Positions 1-14,589 of a stretch of 64,000 nucleotides of DNA are shown piece by piece (within the stretch, counting starts at the first letter, position 1; each line of letters begins with the position of its first letter). Under the pieces are notes generated by a model. That model had not been told where the DNA came from, did not search any database, and was given only the letters and a program-made list of their open reading frames with translations. A program made the position numbers and the translations under genes. The stretch covers positions 5,518,001 through 5,582,000 of the forward strand of contig CM102286.1 of NCBI GenBank assembly GCA_046563655.1, given 5' to 3'. Source of the DNA: Yuukianura sp. NJ FZ-2021. Its lineage: Eukaryota.

Positions 1-3000
1 TGTTGTGTTCTTGTGTTATTAATAAAAAGTTATTTGAAAAAAAAATTACTTTTGATTTAAACCGTCCTACGAGAGAATTTGTTTTGAATTTTGTAATAAT
101 TTTGTAAGTCAAGGGAGAGTAAAATCGGGCCAATTACATTGTGCATCGAATTGACTTGTTGGCGGCAATTGTTTTTTGACTGCAAATTATTTCTCATACT
201 TACCAACTACTTCATACCTACCACATCATTTTACAACACGTCAAAGTTGTGCATAAATTTACCGATTACTAAATGACACACATTGTATTTCAAGTAAACG
301 TTAAATTGTATGAACAGTTTTAAGGGTAACGATTCCATTCGCGTATGCACAATTTGGGGGGTAAAAAATTGGGGAAATTCCGGTAAACGCGAAAGTGGAA
401 AAATGTGCATCTTTGAAACAACGTACCAGATTTTGGTTGATAAACTCTGCACAAACAAGTAATTCGTAAAAAGTAAAGACAACTAAAAAGTTAATTCTGT
501 AAATTCAAGGAACGGGTAAACACGTTTCACTGTTTCGCCAGAATTGTGCAGTTCTGCAGAAAATGCAACTTTGGACTCCTTCAAGTGTAGTATTTTGGCG
601 TATATACATTCACAACTTTCTTTGCTTGGCTTTGTTTTTCTTGCATGAAATCATAGAGTTGTCAGGGCGGGGTTTTTGGCTTTCTCTTGTATAACTTTAG
701 AGTGAATAGTAGTCATAAAATTTTCGAAACAAATCCAAAGCGGATCAAAGCAAAAACACATCGCTTTCATCCCAACTTTAGGCACGGTTCAAGCAAATGG
801 TGCAAAGTTCTTCAGCATGTCGTAGACATGCGTCTCCAGAAGCCGAAAAAATGACATATATGTCACTCTAAAAAAATCCCATTGTCAACTCTATTCGTGG
901 AAAAAATTCATTTTTCCAAAATATTTTTCAGTTCTGGCGTGAAAACGCTTATTTTTCCACGAGACGAAATACTTTACCGTTACAAACCGTTACAAAGCAT
1001 GCAACAATATGATGCTTAGAAAATGGAACACAAGCGGTTTTTTTTCGACGGTGGTTTTTATATCATTTTCATTATTGATACGCTGTGCAACATGCATTTA
1101 CTTTGCACACAAAAAAAAACCGCTTTGCAATTTCAGCCAACTCGACTCAACGGTTTTAAAAAACCGACGTAAAGTTGGTTCATGAAATCATCGGTTTTTG
1201 GAAGCCGTTCTTTTTCAGTGTAGCGAGAACGTAGTCCAAAACACAGTTTGTGTTGCACCTCCGAATTTGTGCTAACCGCCAAATGGTGTAGCCTGGCAAA
1301 CTAAACACCAAGTTTCAAGTTTTATAATCACGTGTTCGGTTTCGTTAGTGTGCAAGCATTTTTGGTTAGTAAAGATGTAGGTTCTGTGCATCGGCATAAA
1401 CATTTTATAAATTTCCTGTTCTCGCACCGAGCATGGGTTGCGTCACAAACAATGATGCACCTTACATAAAATCTGTCCAATTCTGATGCACGATTTACGT
1501 CGGTAATACTTTAGAAACGATTTTGTGCAAAAGGGATTACAAACTTTATTGCTTGGTTTGTAAAATTCCCACATGAGTTGCACAAAAATTGTAGTGAAAA
1601 ATAAAATCTCACGGTGGTGGTGGTAACAATGGAAGTGGCAACAGTTCTGAATTAGGAAAGTAAAAAAAAAAGAAAACAGAACCGAAAATTTGCACTTTAG
1701 AAATGAGGTCTCCAAACCCAAACAAATAATTATCTTATTTTCACGCGATTTCTATGGCAACAGTACAATTTATAATAGGGTTCCAAGGCTTTTTTTTTCT
1801 CAAATTGTACAACCAAAAAGCTTTCCGAAATTGTTCGTACTGGAGTCGTTGAAAAATACTTTTTAAAGTGACGAGTGATGATGAAAGATGTTATAAATTT
1901 AATAACTGTTACTGACAACCTTAGGAACAGATTCTCCTTCCACAGTTTGCCACTTAAGGGAATAATGGATCCAATAAATCAACGAGTGTTAACAAATGAC
2001 CATCATATCTTTCCAGTTCCCTTTCCCACAAACATTTTGTGGTATTGGATTGTACATGGTGAGATGTACAACATTTGTCTCGACCAACTGTACTCTAGTC
2101 GTATCTCTAGATGCTGACACACCTTGGTCCTTGCGTCTTATGGTAACGGTTTACTTGTTATCCTAGGTCCAGGAAATTTTACGCTTTTTCTATCCCGCCA
2201 AAGACAAAGTTAGGCAAAGGCATTACCTAACCAAGGGCTCCTTTAAGTGGCCCTTCTCAAATACCTCTCTGACCCTTAGCTATTCAAAACAACTCAAACC
2301 ACAAGATAATCTTCAAGGAATGGAACTGAAGATGAGGACAGAAATATTTGTTCAACCCCTGTTCAAACAAGATACGTTTTGAATTAAAAATTTCAAAGTT
2401 TTTTAAAACATATTTTTGACATTTTCGAAGTAGCTGAAGCTAGTTTACATAAAAATGATGCGTCATTTGCTGTTTGTAATAAAATGTCGCTTGCAGAGAG
2501 TCCTCCAGGGACACAGATTTAGCCTAGAATGAATAACAATTAAATCCCGGGAATTGCCTGAATAAGTAGAAACAGTTTCCAAAATAAGAGGAAACTGTAA
2601 AGTTAATCTGAAAATCCGAAAATGTTTCCAGTCTAACAATAAAATCCCGTCAACAAAGTCGTTTAATTTAGCCATTCCGAGGAGCACATCACATTGGAAT
2701 AAGGGCTCATTAATACCCGTATTTCTGCCTCTGCATCTGCTTTTCTAAAATGTCCCTACTTTTAACAAAAGGCCACCACCCCCACACAATTATACAAAAC
2801 ACAATGGAAAATAAAGGGGCCTTGGAGTCATTAAGGGACACACCAGGCACCAAGGGATTTAACTTTAATAAATTCCCTTCTGAAGAATTAATGTCAAGCT
2901 CTGGAGCAAGTTAGTTTGTTCCAACGTAGCCTTCCAGGAACTTTTGGACAACGAACATTTAATCGTAAAACGCAATTGGTCGATTCTAGACAGGGTTACT

Positions 3001-5470
3001 GGGTCACAATATCATAAACTTTCTCTGGACAACTCTAGCGATGTCAGTTTCAGAAATTTTTATGTCACGGTAGTTTTGCTGTAGACATGGCAAAAGTAAC
3101 ATTGATTTCTGAGGATTCTGACCTCTGGATTCTACGAAACGTCTTCGCTGTGTGGAACTCTAATGAAAATTTATGTCTTCTAGGAACGTCCACATTTCAA
3201 GGGATCCGCAGGTGAAGGTTTGGCTGATTTGAAATTTCCCTCCTAAAGAATAATGGTTCAAAGTGAGAACAATGGATCCTGACCTTCTGTGACCCTCATT
3301 GTTCCGACTGCATTCAAACTACTATTGAAATATAGAAACAAGAATCTTTTCATTGAAAACCCAAAAACGTTTTTTTTTTCTAAACTCCACTCCGCATTCC
3401 ATTTCAATTGACAATACGTTCCAGACTGCCCGAGAAGCTACTTTTCCGTGTCTCATCATTCTGAAGCATAAGTTGTTTTTGAAGTTGACGCTTCACGCCC
3501 GAGGTCCTTCATGTCGTCGACTGCAACACCCCGTGACTGTAAGTCTGCCCTGACTTTCTCGAAAGGGAAATGAAAGTGACAGGGAGTACTTAAGAAGTGA
3601 GATCTGAGCGATTATGCAACTGAGCAATTCCAAGTGCAACTCAAGCGCTAAAGTTCCAAATCATCCCCATTTCCGTGCTCTCCTTAATTTTTGTGTTTCT
3701 AGGGATAACATGACGCCTTCACACAGTGGCTCCAAAGTCTTTCATTAGTAAAGTATCCTTCATCATCTGCTTCCGTTTCATCATTAATTTTGGTCTTAAC
3801 TGCAGGGTGAGGGTACTTCAGGGGGTACTTGTAGCCTACCCTAATGTTTCCTCTGATTCTGTTGATTTCAAACATAAACTAAACCGAACCCAGTGTTAGG
3901 CTAGTTTAAGCTAATCCATCTAACACAGCCTAACCAGAGATAAATTTGAAATACGTTAATGAAAAAAAAACTTCATAGGCTTGTTTGTACTTTCTGAGAA
4001 TTGTTCCAGTTGGTAAAAGGATTTGTGGCAAACTGAATACAAATGGCTGTTTGAAGCATCTGAAACAATTTGTCATGAGCTGATTATAAATTCAAAGTGT
4101 GCTAACCTAAGCGGAAATGCGTTGACAGAAACAGCTTTTGCTCACACTCTAATCCATACATAAAGGTGTAACATATTACGTACATGAAAACACTTTTAAT
4201 CCCAATCCAATGGCAAATTGCTTATCCAGAGATACAATCGACAGTATCCTGTTTAACCAACAACTTTAACAAAGTCGTCAAAACCAAGAAAAATGAAACA
4301 TATTTTTACATTGTACTCACATTATTACAATTTTTCAGTTTCCTCATGTTACAGGTATGAAAGTCTAATGCTTTGGGTTCGCCTGGATAACTTATTTGGG
4401 CAGTCCAACTAAAATGGACCTTTGTCACGAGATTGATGCCTCCCCAGAGTCCATCTGCATCATTGTTATAACGTTGGAAATGGCCGGGAGGGACTACTAC
4501 CATTAAGTATCTACGGGATCTTCTGGACACTGAGGCTGTATACAATGAATGGACTCTTACTATGTTACGGCGTCTCATAAATAGAAAGCCGTTGTTCCGA
4601 ATTCGGAGTTTCCAATTCCAAACACTCCAGGTGGGATTACAAATTTTTCTGTACTGATCTTACAGTAGGGATCTGTAGGACGATATTGAAGAATTGTTTA
4701 AGCTTAAAAGTACCTTGGATCTTAACGGCGGCGCGCAGTATTTCAATTTGATTACTATGGATATTGTTCCAGAGGGTTCTAAAAAGTAATGTAAATGGGT
4801 ATTATTCAATATAGAAAACATTGGGCCATCAAAAGCGTTACTTTGTTGGTGGAATCGACACCTTCGTGGACCTCAATTACACTTCATCACGACTTCGTTC
4901 TGTAACGGAGTTTATTAGAGGGGAATAAAAATAAAAGTTAATCAGGGAGTGGATTCTCAATTAATTCAGGTTTCAATGGAATGAAATCATTTCTTAATGG
5001 ATAGGGTGCGTGATAGTAATCATCGTCTGTATTTTAAATAGTACTTTAATATGCATGCATTCCAAATGGATTCAAGTTCAACAGAGCAATTCATATTTTG
5101 GAGCCAACCTCCATTGAAACAGTCGTTTACCGTTATCATTAGTTGGTTCAGACCTAATTAAAATAGTGTTCGGTGTTTATTATTTTTTATTACGGACAGC
5201 ATCAAGCATGAGTTTTTCAATTAGAGCTAAGAATAAGCATTTAGTTTTGCAAATTTGTAGCGTTCTAAAACATTGCAATACAGAAACTACGCGGTGAATC
5301 CGTAATTCTCTGTATAGGTTTTGTTTTGCTATGAAAATTTTCCTCTCTAATGATGTTAACTGCTTAATTATGAAATCACGTTCAGTTGTGCTAAGTGAGC
5401 TTAGTGGGAAATTGCAATCTTGTTAACTGAGAAAAATTGCTGAAGTGTATAATTTAGACCTGAACAATTT

Positions 5471-5657
5471 AATTGGGAAGATTATGAAGAAATCATCTCC
5501 AGTGAATGAAATTCGTGTGAAAATTTCCCATCGTAGATTAGAGAGATAATCAACTAAACCTGAGATTGACTTCTAATGGATTTTCAAATGATTCTGTTGC
5601 ACCCTCGTGTAAAAAAACGAAGAGATTCGGAATACATTTCATTTGAAATCATATTAA
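5471..5657. repeat. Diverged direct repeat copy 1 (~187 bp; partner 7892-8078)
   Basis: Shared colinear blocks gattatgaa, tgaaattcgtgtgaaaattt, agattgactt, ggattttcaaa, gaatacatttcatttgaa-tcatattaa. Confidence 0.85.
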
Positions 5658-5753
5658 CTAATTCTTTTTTTTTCATAGGAAGTGGATTTGATAGGTTATA
5701 CTATTAGTTAATGTTGCTCGCTTCGGCTACATTTCTAATAGATTTGAATCACT

Positions 5754-7192
5754 TCAATTTAGTAGAAGGGCATTTAAGGTAAGATCTGCAATTTGCGAAA
5801 AATAGACAATGATTGCGTCACGATCGTAGATTTTAAAATATGTGCCACTTTCTCCTGTAATGCTTTTGCACGCCTTAGCACTCTTCTTCAGAAAAATTGA
5901 ATTGGTTTGATCCAGACAAGAAATAAATTTTTCCGAAGACGTCACTGCAGACCTTATGCTACGGAGCCATACCCAACCAAAAACGTGCAATACAACATCG
6001 ACCACAAAGTTGATCATTTTTGGCAAAGGTTCCTTATTTCGAATTAGTGCAACGTTTTGAAAAACTGTCATGTAGAGGAGAATGAGTATTGCGAAGCGAA
6101 GGAAAAATCCAAACGCCAAGGAGTAAGTTTTTGTTAGACAAGTGAGTCGACGGTATGTATCCAAAAGTTTAAAAGTCGAAACGAAGCTGTTACCAGAGTT
6201 CATTGTCGGCCTGTCAAAGCAGGAAGAATTAAAATATTTGAAAAACCGTAACAAAAGGTTAAATGTCAACATGTAGAATAAACCGTTATGTATAGCTACA
6301 ATTTCAGGCCTACCGGAGGTGTTCTTAATAATTTCATTTAGGTTAATAAACTATATGCTTAACATAGAATATTAAGACAAGGTGAAGCTCATTTAGTACC
6401 TGAGCTCAGTTAGCCAATACTGGAGATACGACACATGTAGAATAGCTTGCAAAAAAATGAAGCAAACCATAATTGCGCCCATTTGTGCCGAATGCCATTG
6501 AAGCCAAAATAAAACAATTTTCCATGGGATTGCGTCGTACAGTTTGATTGGAAACATTCGATAGCTCCAGTACACTGGAGTATGTGGGTCAGCAAAAACT
6601 TGGAGTGCTACTATGACGGAGTAATACCGCATTACATAGTGAGCGCCGTATATTAGCGTAGTGGTGCCGACTGATCCTGAAGGTCGTAGCTGTGTCCCAA
6701 GGTCGGAAAATTCCCCTAAATACAATTGAGTACGTTTTAAAATACGATTCCGGGTGTACTCTTTTAAGTACTGCGCATATACTATTATTATTTCATATTA
6801 TTATATTTTATATATTATAGTGTTTTATAATTCATACGTTGGAGTTTTCGATGTAAGTAGAGAACTTGATTCAGGTATTCCAAGATTTCCGCTCGGAACC
6901 AAAATGTGTAGTAGTGTAGAAGTGTACATATCAGGCATGGAGCCCACTCATTTGCAACTCGGAAAAATACTTGCGAAGTACAGGTGGGGTCATTGTAGAG
7001 TTGAAATACAGTAACAGTGAGATAGATTGTAAGAAAAGTGCAATAGGCTATCCCCAACAAATAAAACGCAAAGTATTTATACTTTTCAGCAGTTCCCATT
7101 ACCATTAGCCTTTGTGGGAATGGCGTAATGTTTAAGCGTTCGGCATTGTGAAGTAAAGCAAAAAATCGTGTAGTAGAACGTTCAGAAAACAT
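5754..7192 (-). CDS. Gustatory-receptor-like 7TM chemoreceptor, 3 exons (7192-6838, 6715-6400, 6210-5754), ~375 aa
   Basis: Three hydrophobic minus-strand ORFs join in frame through GT..AG introns (phases checked). Total 1128 nt, multiple TM segments, C-terminus GTYFKIYDRDAIIVYFSQIADLTLNALLLN resembles the arthropod GR-like TM7 region. Confidence 0.7.
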
Positions 7193-7891
7193 TGTGAGAA
7201 CCTTTACCTTACTTGACAGGTAGCAAAAAAATTTGCAACTGAATCGCAAACTACCAATATTTATAGATTTTGTTTAGAGAAAAAAATTCTAATCTCTAGA
7301 AAATATCGGTAGGCTGGACTTGGTGGCATGTGGAGACTTCTGTAAAATAATTCCAGAAATAATTCAACAATTGATTTTTCAATGACATTTGAGACCATGT
7401 CTATGACATGGTTTGAAACCTTGAAACTTTAAAATTCTAATGTAATTTAGAAGGAAATGAATCATCTTTTCCAGTTAGAATTATTTTCATTAAACTATAT
7501 TGGCTTTTAAGTGAATTGAATAATTCGCTATAGAATATTGGACCTTTAGTTTTATTGCAAAAAAGTTTGCGATATTGTTTTACGTAATGGGCTTCAGAGG
7601 ACGACACATTTTTTACTTCCTGGGGTGTTGAAATACCAAATTGATTTTTCGTAAGAAATTTTTTCTTTATTTCAGATGCTTCAATTTTGTATTGTTTTTA
7701 AATCTATTTTTTTAATTTTTTTTTTTGGTGTCTGTCGTTTTTATTTGACCTTTTTTACCAAATGAAATAATACCTATACTCTTTTTAAGTTCAACCTAAT
7801 TCTTTCAAGATTTCCGTTTATCCATAACGTTTTTCTGCAGCGTAAGATAAATTTTGTGACGACGCTAATTTCTAAATTATTTTCATGGCCA

Positions 7892-8078
7892 AATTGGCAG
7901 GATTATGAACAAATTATCAACTCCACCAAATGAAATTCGTGTGAAAATTTTACATAGTATAGATTGAAGATAATCCACCATAGCTTAGATTGACTTGTAA
8001 AGGATTTTCAAAGTATTTCCTATTGCTTTGTCTTAAAAGAGAGAGAAGTTGAATACATTTCATTTGAACTCATATTAA
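7892..8078. repeat. Diverged direct repeat copy 2 (partner 5471-5657)
   Basis: Same colinear blocks as copy 1, offset ~2.42 kb. Confidence 0.85.
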
Positions 8079-8169
8079 GCTCTACACCATCCAACTAAAT
8101 CAACGCTTCCCGCTAAACCTGCAACAAAAAGCCTTTCTGCAGAAGCCCCCCTCAAAGGAGCCGCCAAAA

Positions 8170-8990
8170 TACTGTTCAAAACGGACCTTTTAAAAAAGTT
8201 GAGAACTAAAAGTTCAAAGAAAGCAGCAATGCAGTAAATCTTGGTTCGCTTGGCTTATACTCATCAGTTAAGATGCTTGAGAGAGCGTCTGTTCTTACGA
8301 CCATTAACAATTATCAGATCTTCATTAATCATAATACAACAACAGGCGATGGACGCTATGCTGAGACGAAGTGCATCGCCAACAACACCCGAAGCCTAGT
8401 ACTATTATATGTCCTACACTATTACCGATTTTGATTAAACTCAAAATGTTACTAATTTGTCTATTTGGAAACTTTCTGAATTGTTTGAAATTGGCATATT
8501 GTGGCAAGGTATTGGCTAGTAAATCATTTACTACAGAGTTGTGCACAAAGGTCAACATTGTGCAGATTAGCAGAACGGGACGAAAAAAAAAAAGTGCATA
8601 GTGCACAGCAATGATGATGATTGAAAATTTCCCCACAAAAATTTTTCTGGGTAATATTACATTAATGAAGTGCATGGTAACCAACGCAATTGCTGTTACT
8701 GTGAACACGGTGAAAACAATTCCATATAAGGTGCAATGCTATCCAAACTGAACAAATTGCAAATTGTGCAACTACACCACAAATGCACAATTAGCAATTC
8801 TTGAAGTTCGCATACATGCACACTTCCCAGGAACCCAAACCCGGTATTTGCACAACTTCCTGCGAAAATTTTGCTTTGCCAGAAATTCGTGTAAATAAAA
8901 TTACTTTGCACTTCAATTTTGCCATCAAGAGGCCATCTTAGGAACACTTCCTCCCGGAAGAGAATTATACGAAATTTTCTATCTTTAGTC
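8170..8990 (-). pseudogene. Probable degraded paralogue of the neighbouring chemoreceptor-like gene
   Basis: Overlapping hydrophobic minus-strand ORF pieces (8325-8708, 8696-8947) in different frames. Its 3' flank (7892-8078) is a diverged copy of the 3' flank of the intact gene (5471-5657). Boundaries approximate. Confidence 0.35.
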
Positions 8991-11900
8991 TTTAAGTTTC
9001 ACCCAAGTGCTCCTTTTATTACTTTGTTAAGAAAGCAAAATGTTTGAATAGTTTTACCGATATGCACACAAAAGTTTTAATTTTCCAACATTCAATTTAT
9101 TACATTTTTAGCAAATTAGACAACAATCAAGATTTAAACTTACGTTATTTTGTGTTTGAATTTATTTTAATTTTTGAGAAGCTTGCACAACAGTTTTGCA
9201 TTGGATCGCACTGACGTGAGAGTGAGAGTTGGCATGGTGATTTAAAGGTTTATTGTAGACTGGAGAATTTTTTCTTTTTCGCAAAACTTAAGTTTGCAAT
9301 AGTTTAATAGATTGTGATAAGCACAATCAAAATTGAACTACTGCTGATGTATTCCGCTGGGTTACTAAATTGTGAAACTAGCCTCATGCTAGCATTATAA
9401 CAACGCCAAGAAACGAACATCCAGTTGGAAACGTTAATTTTATTTTCTCTTTTCCCAAATTACCGCTGATTCCAATCTTGAAGATTCCCAAAATGTGAGA
9501 ACTTGTTCGATTGTATCTGAGAATTTATTTTTAACAATTTCACGAGTTCTTTTCAACCTATGACCAGAGAACCCTCCCAGCTTCAATTGTCTCTTCCTCC
9601 TCCGGGTCACGAATGTAGTTTCGGTTAGGTTATTTATAGGAAACTACTTCACCATTAAGCCCTCCACTACCAGTCCAGGATCAATGGGAAAATACTCCAT
9701 TGTTTTATTTTTTTAGGAAAAGCAAAACCAAAGGGGGGCCGAAGAAATCCGAGTACCGTTCGGTGTTTAGGAATTAGACACTACGATATGTTCTAATGTT
9801 TATCCTATTTCTACCAAAGTGTCTCATGTGTCTTTTCTTCAATTAACAAAAACACTATCTCTTTCTTCGCCAATTCCACCCGGGTACCCAAGTTTGTCTA
9901 CACTTTCAATAAAAAAGGTCACAAACTCATTGCAGAATGCCAAGAACTGTTGCAACTGTTTCATCTGTCACAGTTGCGCATGAAATGTTTATTTGAGGTT
10001 AAAATTTATACAGTTATAAATGTTTTGCATCCGAAATAATTTTGGAAGACAGTTGGAATATCCCAAAGTAGAAGATTATTACATAATCTAAGAGGCCATA
10101 AATGTACAAAATTCACTTTATAAATAGCAAAAGAGCTGAAAATGATTTACTCAGCCTCCCTTTGGGTATTAGTTTTGGGATTTAGTTTCCATGCAATATT
10201 TCCTTCACCTTGAAATTTTATTTTGATGTGAATGATGTTTCCTTTTTCACAAAATTGGAATTAGTGGAGATATGTGCGTGTGGAAGGACAATAAAGTATT
10301 GGGAACTGACAAAACCACACCCAAAGTTTCCGAAGATTCATAACAAAAGTTGTTTAAACTTTCACCACTCCACTCTTACATGCTTTCTCCATTCTCACGA
10401 AAAACCAATCTTAGCTAAACAACTTGGTAATGAATAGCACAAACACGACTTTCATTTTCTCTCGAAGATTTCAGTAACAACCTAACTCTAAGTTCAATTA
10501 ACCACAAGTTGCTGCGCATGCGTCGTACAATAACAATTGCACTCAAAATTTACTATTATGGTGTATAGGAATACATCTGCTTTACCGTATTTCCGATTGA
10601 CACGTTTTGATAATAAACGTCCTGTCATAAAACGCCGTTGTGCGTATGAGTACCACTTCTAACATACCTGTTACCAGCTTACGCCAAATAGTACCTAACA
10701 TTAATTCGAACAAAAACAGACTTATTTACAATGTGATTTTGTGGTACATTCACACTCCCGAAATTTTGAAAAACATTTTTGTAAACATTCACGTCCAAAG
10801 CAAGGACTCCTACTACTTCCATTATCCCGCCAAAAAGGCTAAAAAAAATAACACTCAGAAGTTATGTAATTTTAAAAGAAAATATTGTTTTGGGACCACC
10901 GACGAGTCCTGAGACACTTTTTATGGCAGCAGTGGTCGACAGTGTTAGTTTCACAAAGTTTTCAGCGCTACAGAAGCTATCGCGCAGCGTTAACAAAGCT
11001 GCCAACGCAGGAGCGACTTCTCCCATGTGTAAATGATATTCCGCAAAAAGAAAATATTACGGTAGGCGCCTAAATAAATAGCATTAAAAAGTATTTAAAA
11101 TAAATAAATATCTTTTGAAACCTAACTTGAAAAGAAACTTTCTGTCGATCCCTTTCCCTTCTAAACATTGACATCCAAGAAGTAGGTTCGAGTTCGATAG
11201 AAATCTATAACTTCAATTTTCTATTCTTTTCAAATGTGCTAAAGGGTGGCCCCAGCTTCTTGTTTACTTACACACACAGTTCTTATTATTCTTTTAAAAA
11301 ATCCAAAAGATCTTGAAGTGAACAATCCTACGCCCTTGCATCTCTTCCTCCGCGTCCTTAATAATCCTTTAAGGACTTGGAAAGTGAATGGAAGAAGCGT
11401 AATCTCACGCCTTGGCCCAAAGATCTCTCCCCAAGAGCTTCTGAGTTATACCCCCATCGTTCTTCAAAAGTTCCACTTCCAGACCATAAAGCCACGCAGT
11501 AAAAAATACGAAACTAAAAAAACTAAGGAGGGGTTGGAAAATGTAATAATATTCTTTATTTATCGATTCTTTGAAAGCGGAGATGTTTGTTGAGTTCACT
11601 TTCTAGACAGAATTTAATAACCCTATCCCTGGTGGGAAGAACTCAAAATAGTACTGTAGATTTCCAAATAGTGTACATCAATTTCAAACAGCAAATGTTT
11701 CTGTTAGTACACCACCAAACACTGGGCTACTATTTGGAAATCTACGGTACTAGTCTCATCATTTGCTGCTCCCATCCTGATATTTCCAACACAAAAGGTC
11801 ATTCATATTCCACTGCGTGCACTTTGGAACGTTCAAAAAGAAGCGCTGTTCTTTTGCAGTTCCTTTCAGCACCCTACTGAATTCTAGAAGGGTGTCCTGT

Positions 11901-14589
11901 GTACTCTTATGTCCTGTTTCATTATTCCTGTCAAAAGAACTAATTCGTTCTTTTAAACTAAAATTTTGAAAATATCGACCATTGTTTTCAAAACAAGAAA
12001 ACTATAACATTCTCTACATGTGTTCAGCAAGGCTTCCTTTAATAGCCCTGGAGCTTACGACACTTAATTTTTAACATGTCCTCAAAACTACTCTACGCAC
12101 AGTTGTTCACTCCAAAATTTTTGAATTTAAAGATTCAACATTTGAGCACAAGCATTTAAACGCAGGCTGGTAACCATTCTTTGTTTTTTCTGGTAGTATT
12201 CATGTTCTCGTCAAGTTCTAAACAGAGCGTAGACTTTTAGTTGCTGAAGACAACACCCAAAGTGTCTTTCCTAAGCTATAGCACATCTTATTTTATGATA
12301 CGCTGGCTGTGTGGCAGTATAGACTTTATGCGTTGAATTTTTAGACGTTCCAGAAGTGTCTGAGTCATTGACTTCTTAACTGTTCCCGGATCCTTTTGGA
12401 ATCTTGGCCCAAGTAGAAGATTCGGCTCAAAACCTTCAAAAAAGTTGCACACTTACAAGTCTATAACATCCTATGGCTAAGAATAACTTGTTGGCACAAG
12501 ATCCAAAAATAGACTTTTCATCTTTACGTAAAAGGAAAGCCTTAAGCCTTGTTTCCACTTTTCCAAATTCTTTTGTTTCTAACCTTGTCGTAAAAACTAC
12601 CCATCCATTGTTTTTACAACCTATTTTTGCAGTTTACTTTCCAGTGAATGTCAAATTTAGACAACCGAATTGACGTAAAATTTGTTCCGGAGAAACATGG
12701 CTCAACATGGCTTTTGTTTTTATTGGAATTCTTGTAGCTGGTTCTACGCCTGCGCAGTAGTTAGCTTAGGTCAACACTTACAAATGCTGAACAGACTGGA
12801 AGTAGGGCAGCAGGAGCCAAAATGGGAGTGTAGGTGTGAGTCAGCCTTAATTGTTCCTAAATTATACCTTCACACCTTGAACAATTTCCTGGGAGACTTA
12901 AGGGTACGTAGTCAATTGGAAAGTAAGATAAGTACGACATATCCTGCCGTGTTCTGAGTTACGAAAACGATGATGGAAAAATTACTATCATTGTATTTAA
13001 TCAATAATTCTGACTAGAAGTTAGGTACAGACGTCGGTACGATCTGCGCATGCAACTAAAAACTGAATGCTAACATGCCATTACAGTCAAAATGAACGGA
13101 AAAAAACCCGCTTAGGTGGAAGCTTGGTAGACTTGAATTTTATTACCCAAATTAAATCTACTTTTTTTAAATCTACCCGAAATTCAAATGGGAATTTTCA
13201 TGAACCTACCAAAAAGTTATAGCCGAAAAGTACAACTTTTAGAGAAAGGAAAAACTAACTTTCAAGAGCCTGGAATTATTTTCCATCTTGAATGAAATTT
13301 AAAGGCACTGAAGAAACAATTGCCACTTTCCTGAAGATCCCTTAAGTAATTTTTTGAAACTTAAAATAATTGAATCGACACCACCAAACATGGAGAAAAT
13401 GGAAAGTTCTGGACCAACCTGGGCATTCTTGCGTCTTAATAGCTGAACATTCAAGTAATTTGAGTGTTATCTGGAAAGCTTAGGGTCATTTGAAAAATAG
13501 TGAATTCTCCAAGTCCCACTGAGAACTCCCAATGCGCCTTGATCATCATCTTATTTTTCAGATAGCAATTTTCAACAAAACACCTTTGAACTTACAGCGG
13601 GAAGAAAACCGGCTCCACTTGATCTCATATTTCAGTTTATAAATGGGACCACTACCAAAAAAAAAACCTTCAAAAAGAAACCGTCTGCGTCTGGGAAATT
13701 CAAATTATTATAATGCAAAGGCATTACACAAAAACTAAATTCAAATCCAAAGACCTTACATGTTTGAATTTCAAAAAATGTTTATACTCAAGGGTCCTAA
13801 ATGTCAAGTGACGACAGGGGAAAAAATAGACGGTTCAAAATTCCCAAGGAAATGGACATGGAGGGGCCACTTTAATCGGATCCACAAACAGCTTAAATAG
13901 AATTGACATAAAAATCAAATAGCTGTCAAAAGCGTTTCAACATTTTTGAAGATCAAAATTTTATACAACAAAATAAAACTAAAGTAAAAATTTTAATAAA
14001 TAGAACGATGAAAACTATTAAATGAATACAAATTCCATTTGAATTCACAACCAATGCGAAATTTCGCTTCTAATTTAACGATTCCTTCGGAAAACTTTGA
14101 ACTTCCACCCCCAAGATGTGATTTTTATCTTAATCAAATGGCAGAAAAAAAACAGAGAGCAGCGGGTAAGGGGGAAAGTTCAAATTGTTCCCAAAGGACA
14201 AAGGGTGGAAAAGATGAATTTGAAAAATCCCGCCTTTTTCGTATCGTACAATTTTTCGTTTTAAGTGGTCGGAACAAATTTGATGTTGAAACTCATTACT
14301 TTCCCATCTCTTTATTTTAGGTGGGAAGAGATGTGCTATGAGGGGCCCTGAGGATTAAACAAACGTTTGATTTTACGGGCCCTAGGTGGTCAGGGTCCTT
14401 AAGTCCCCTTCTACCACCACCACCATGATGGAGAAACCTAAACTTACTAAAAACTGAGCCCTTTGTGACCTCAATTACATCTTGTACGTTCGATCAAGAT
14501 CTATTTTTCTAGATTCAATTACAAGGCGAAGCGTTTTTTAAGGGCCCCTTCAACCCCTTTATGACCATTTATAAAACCAGCACTTTTAG

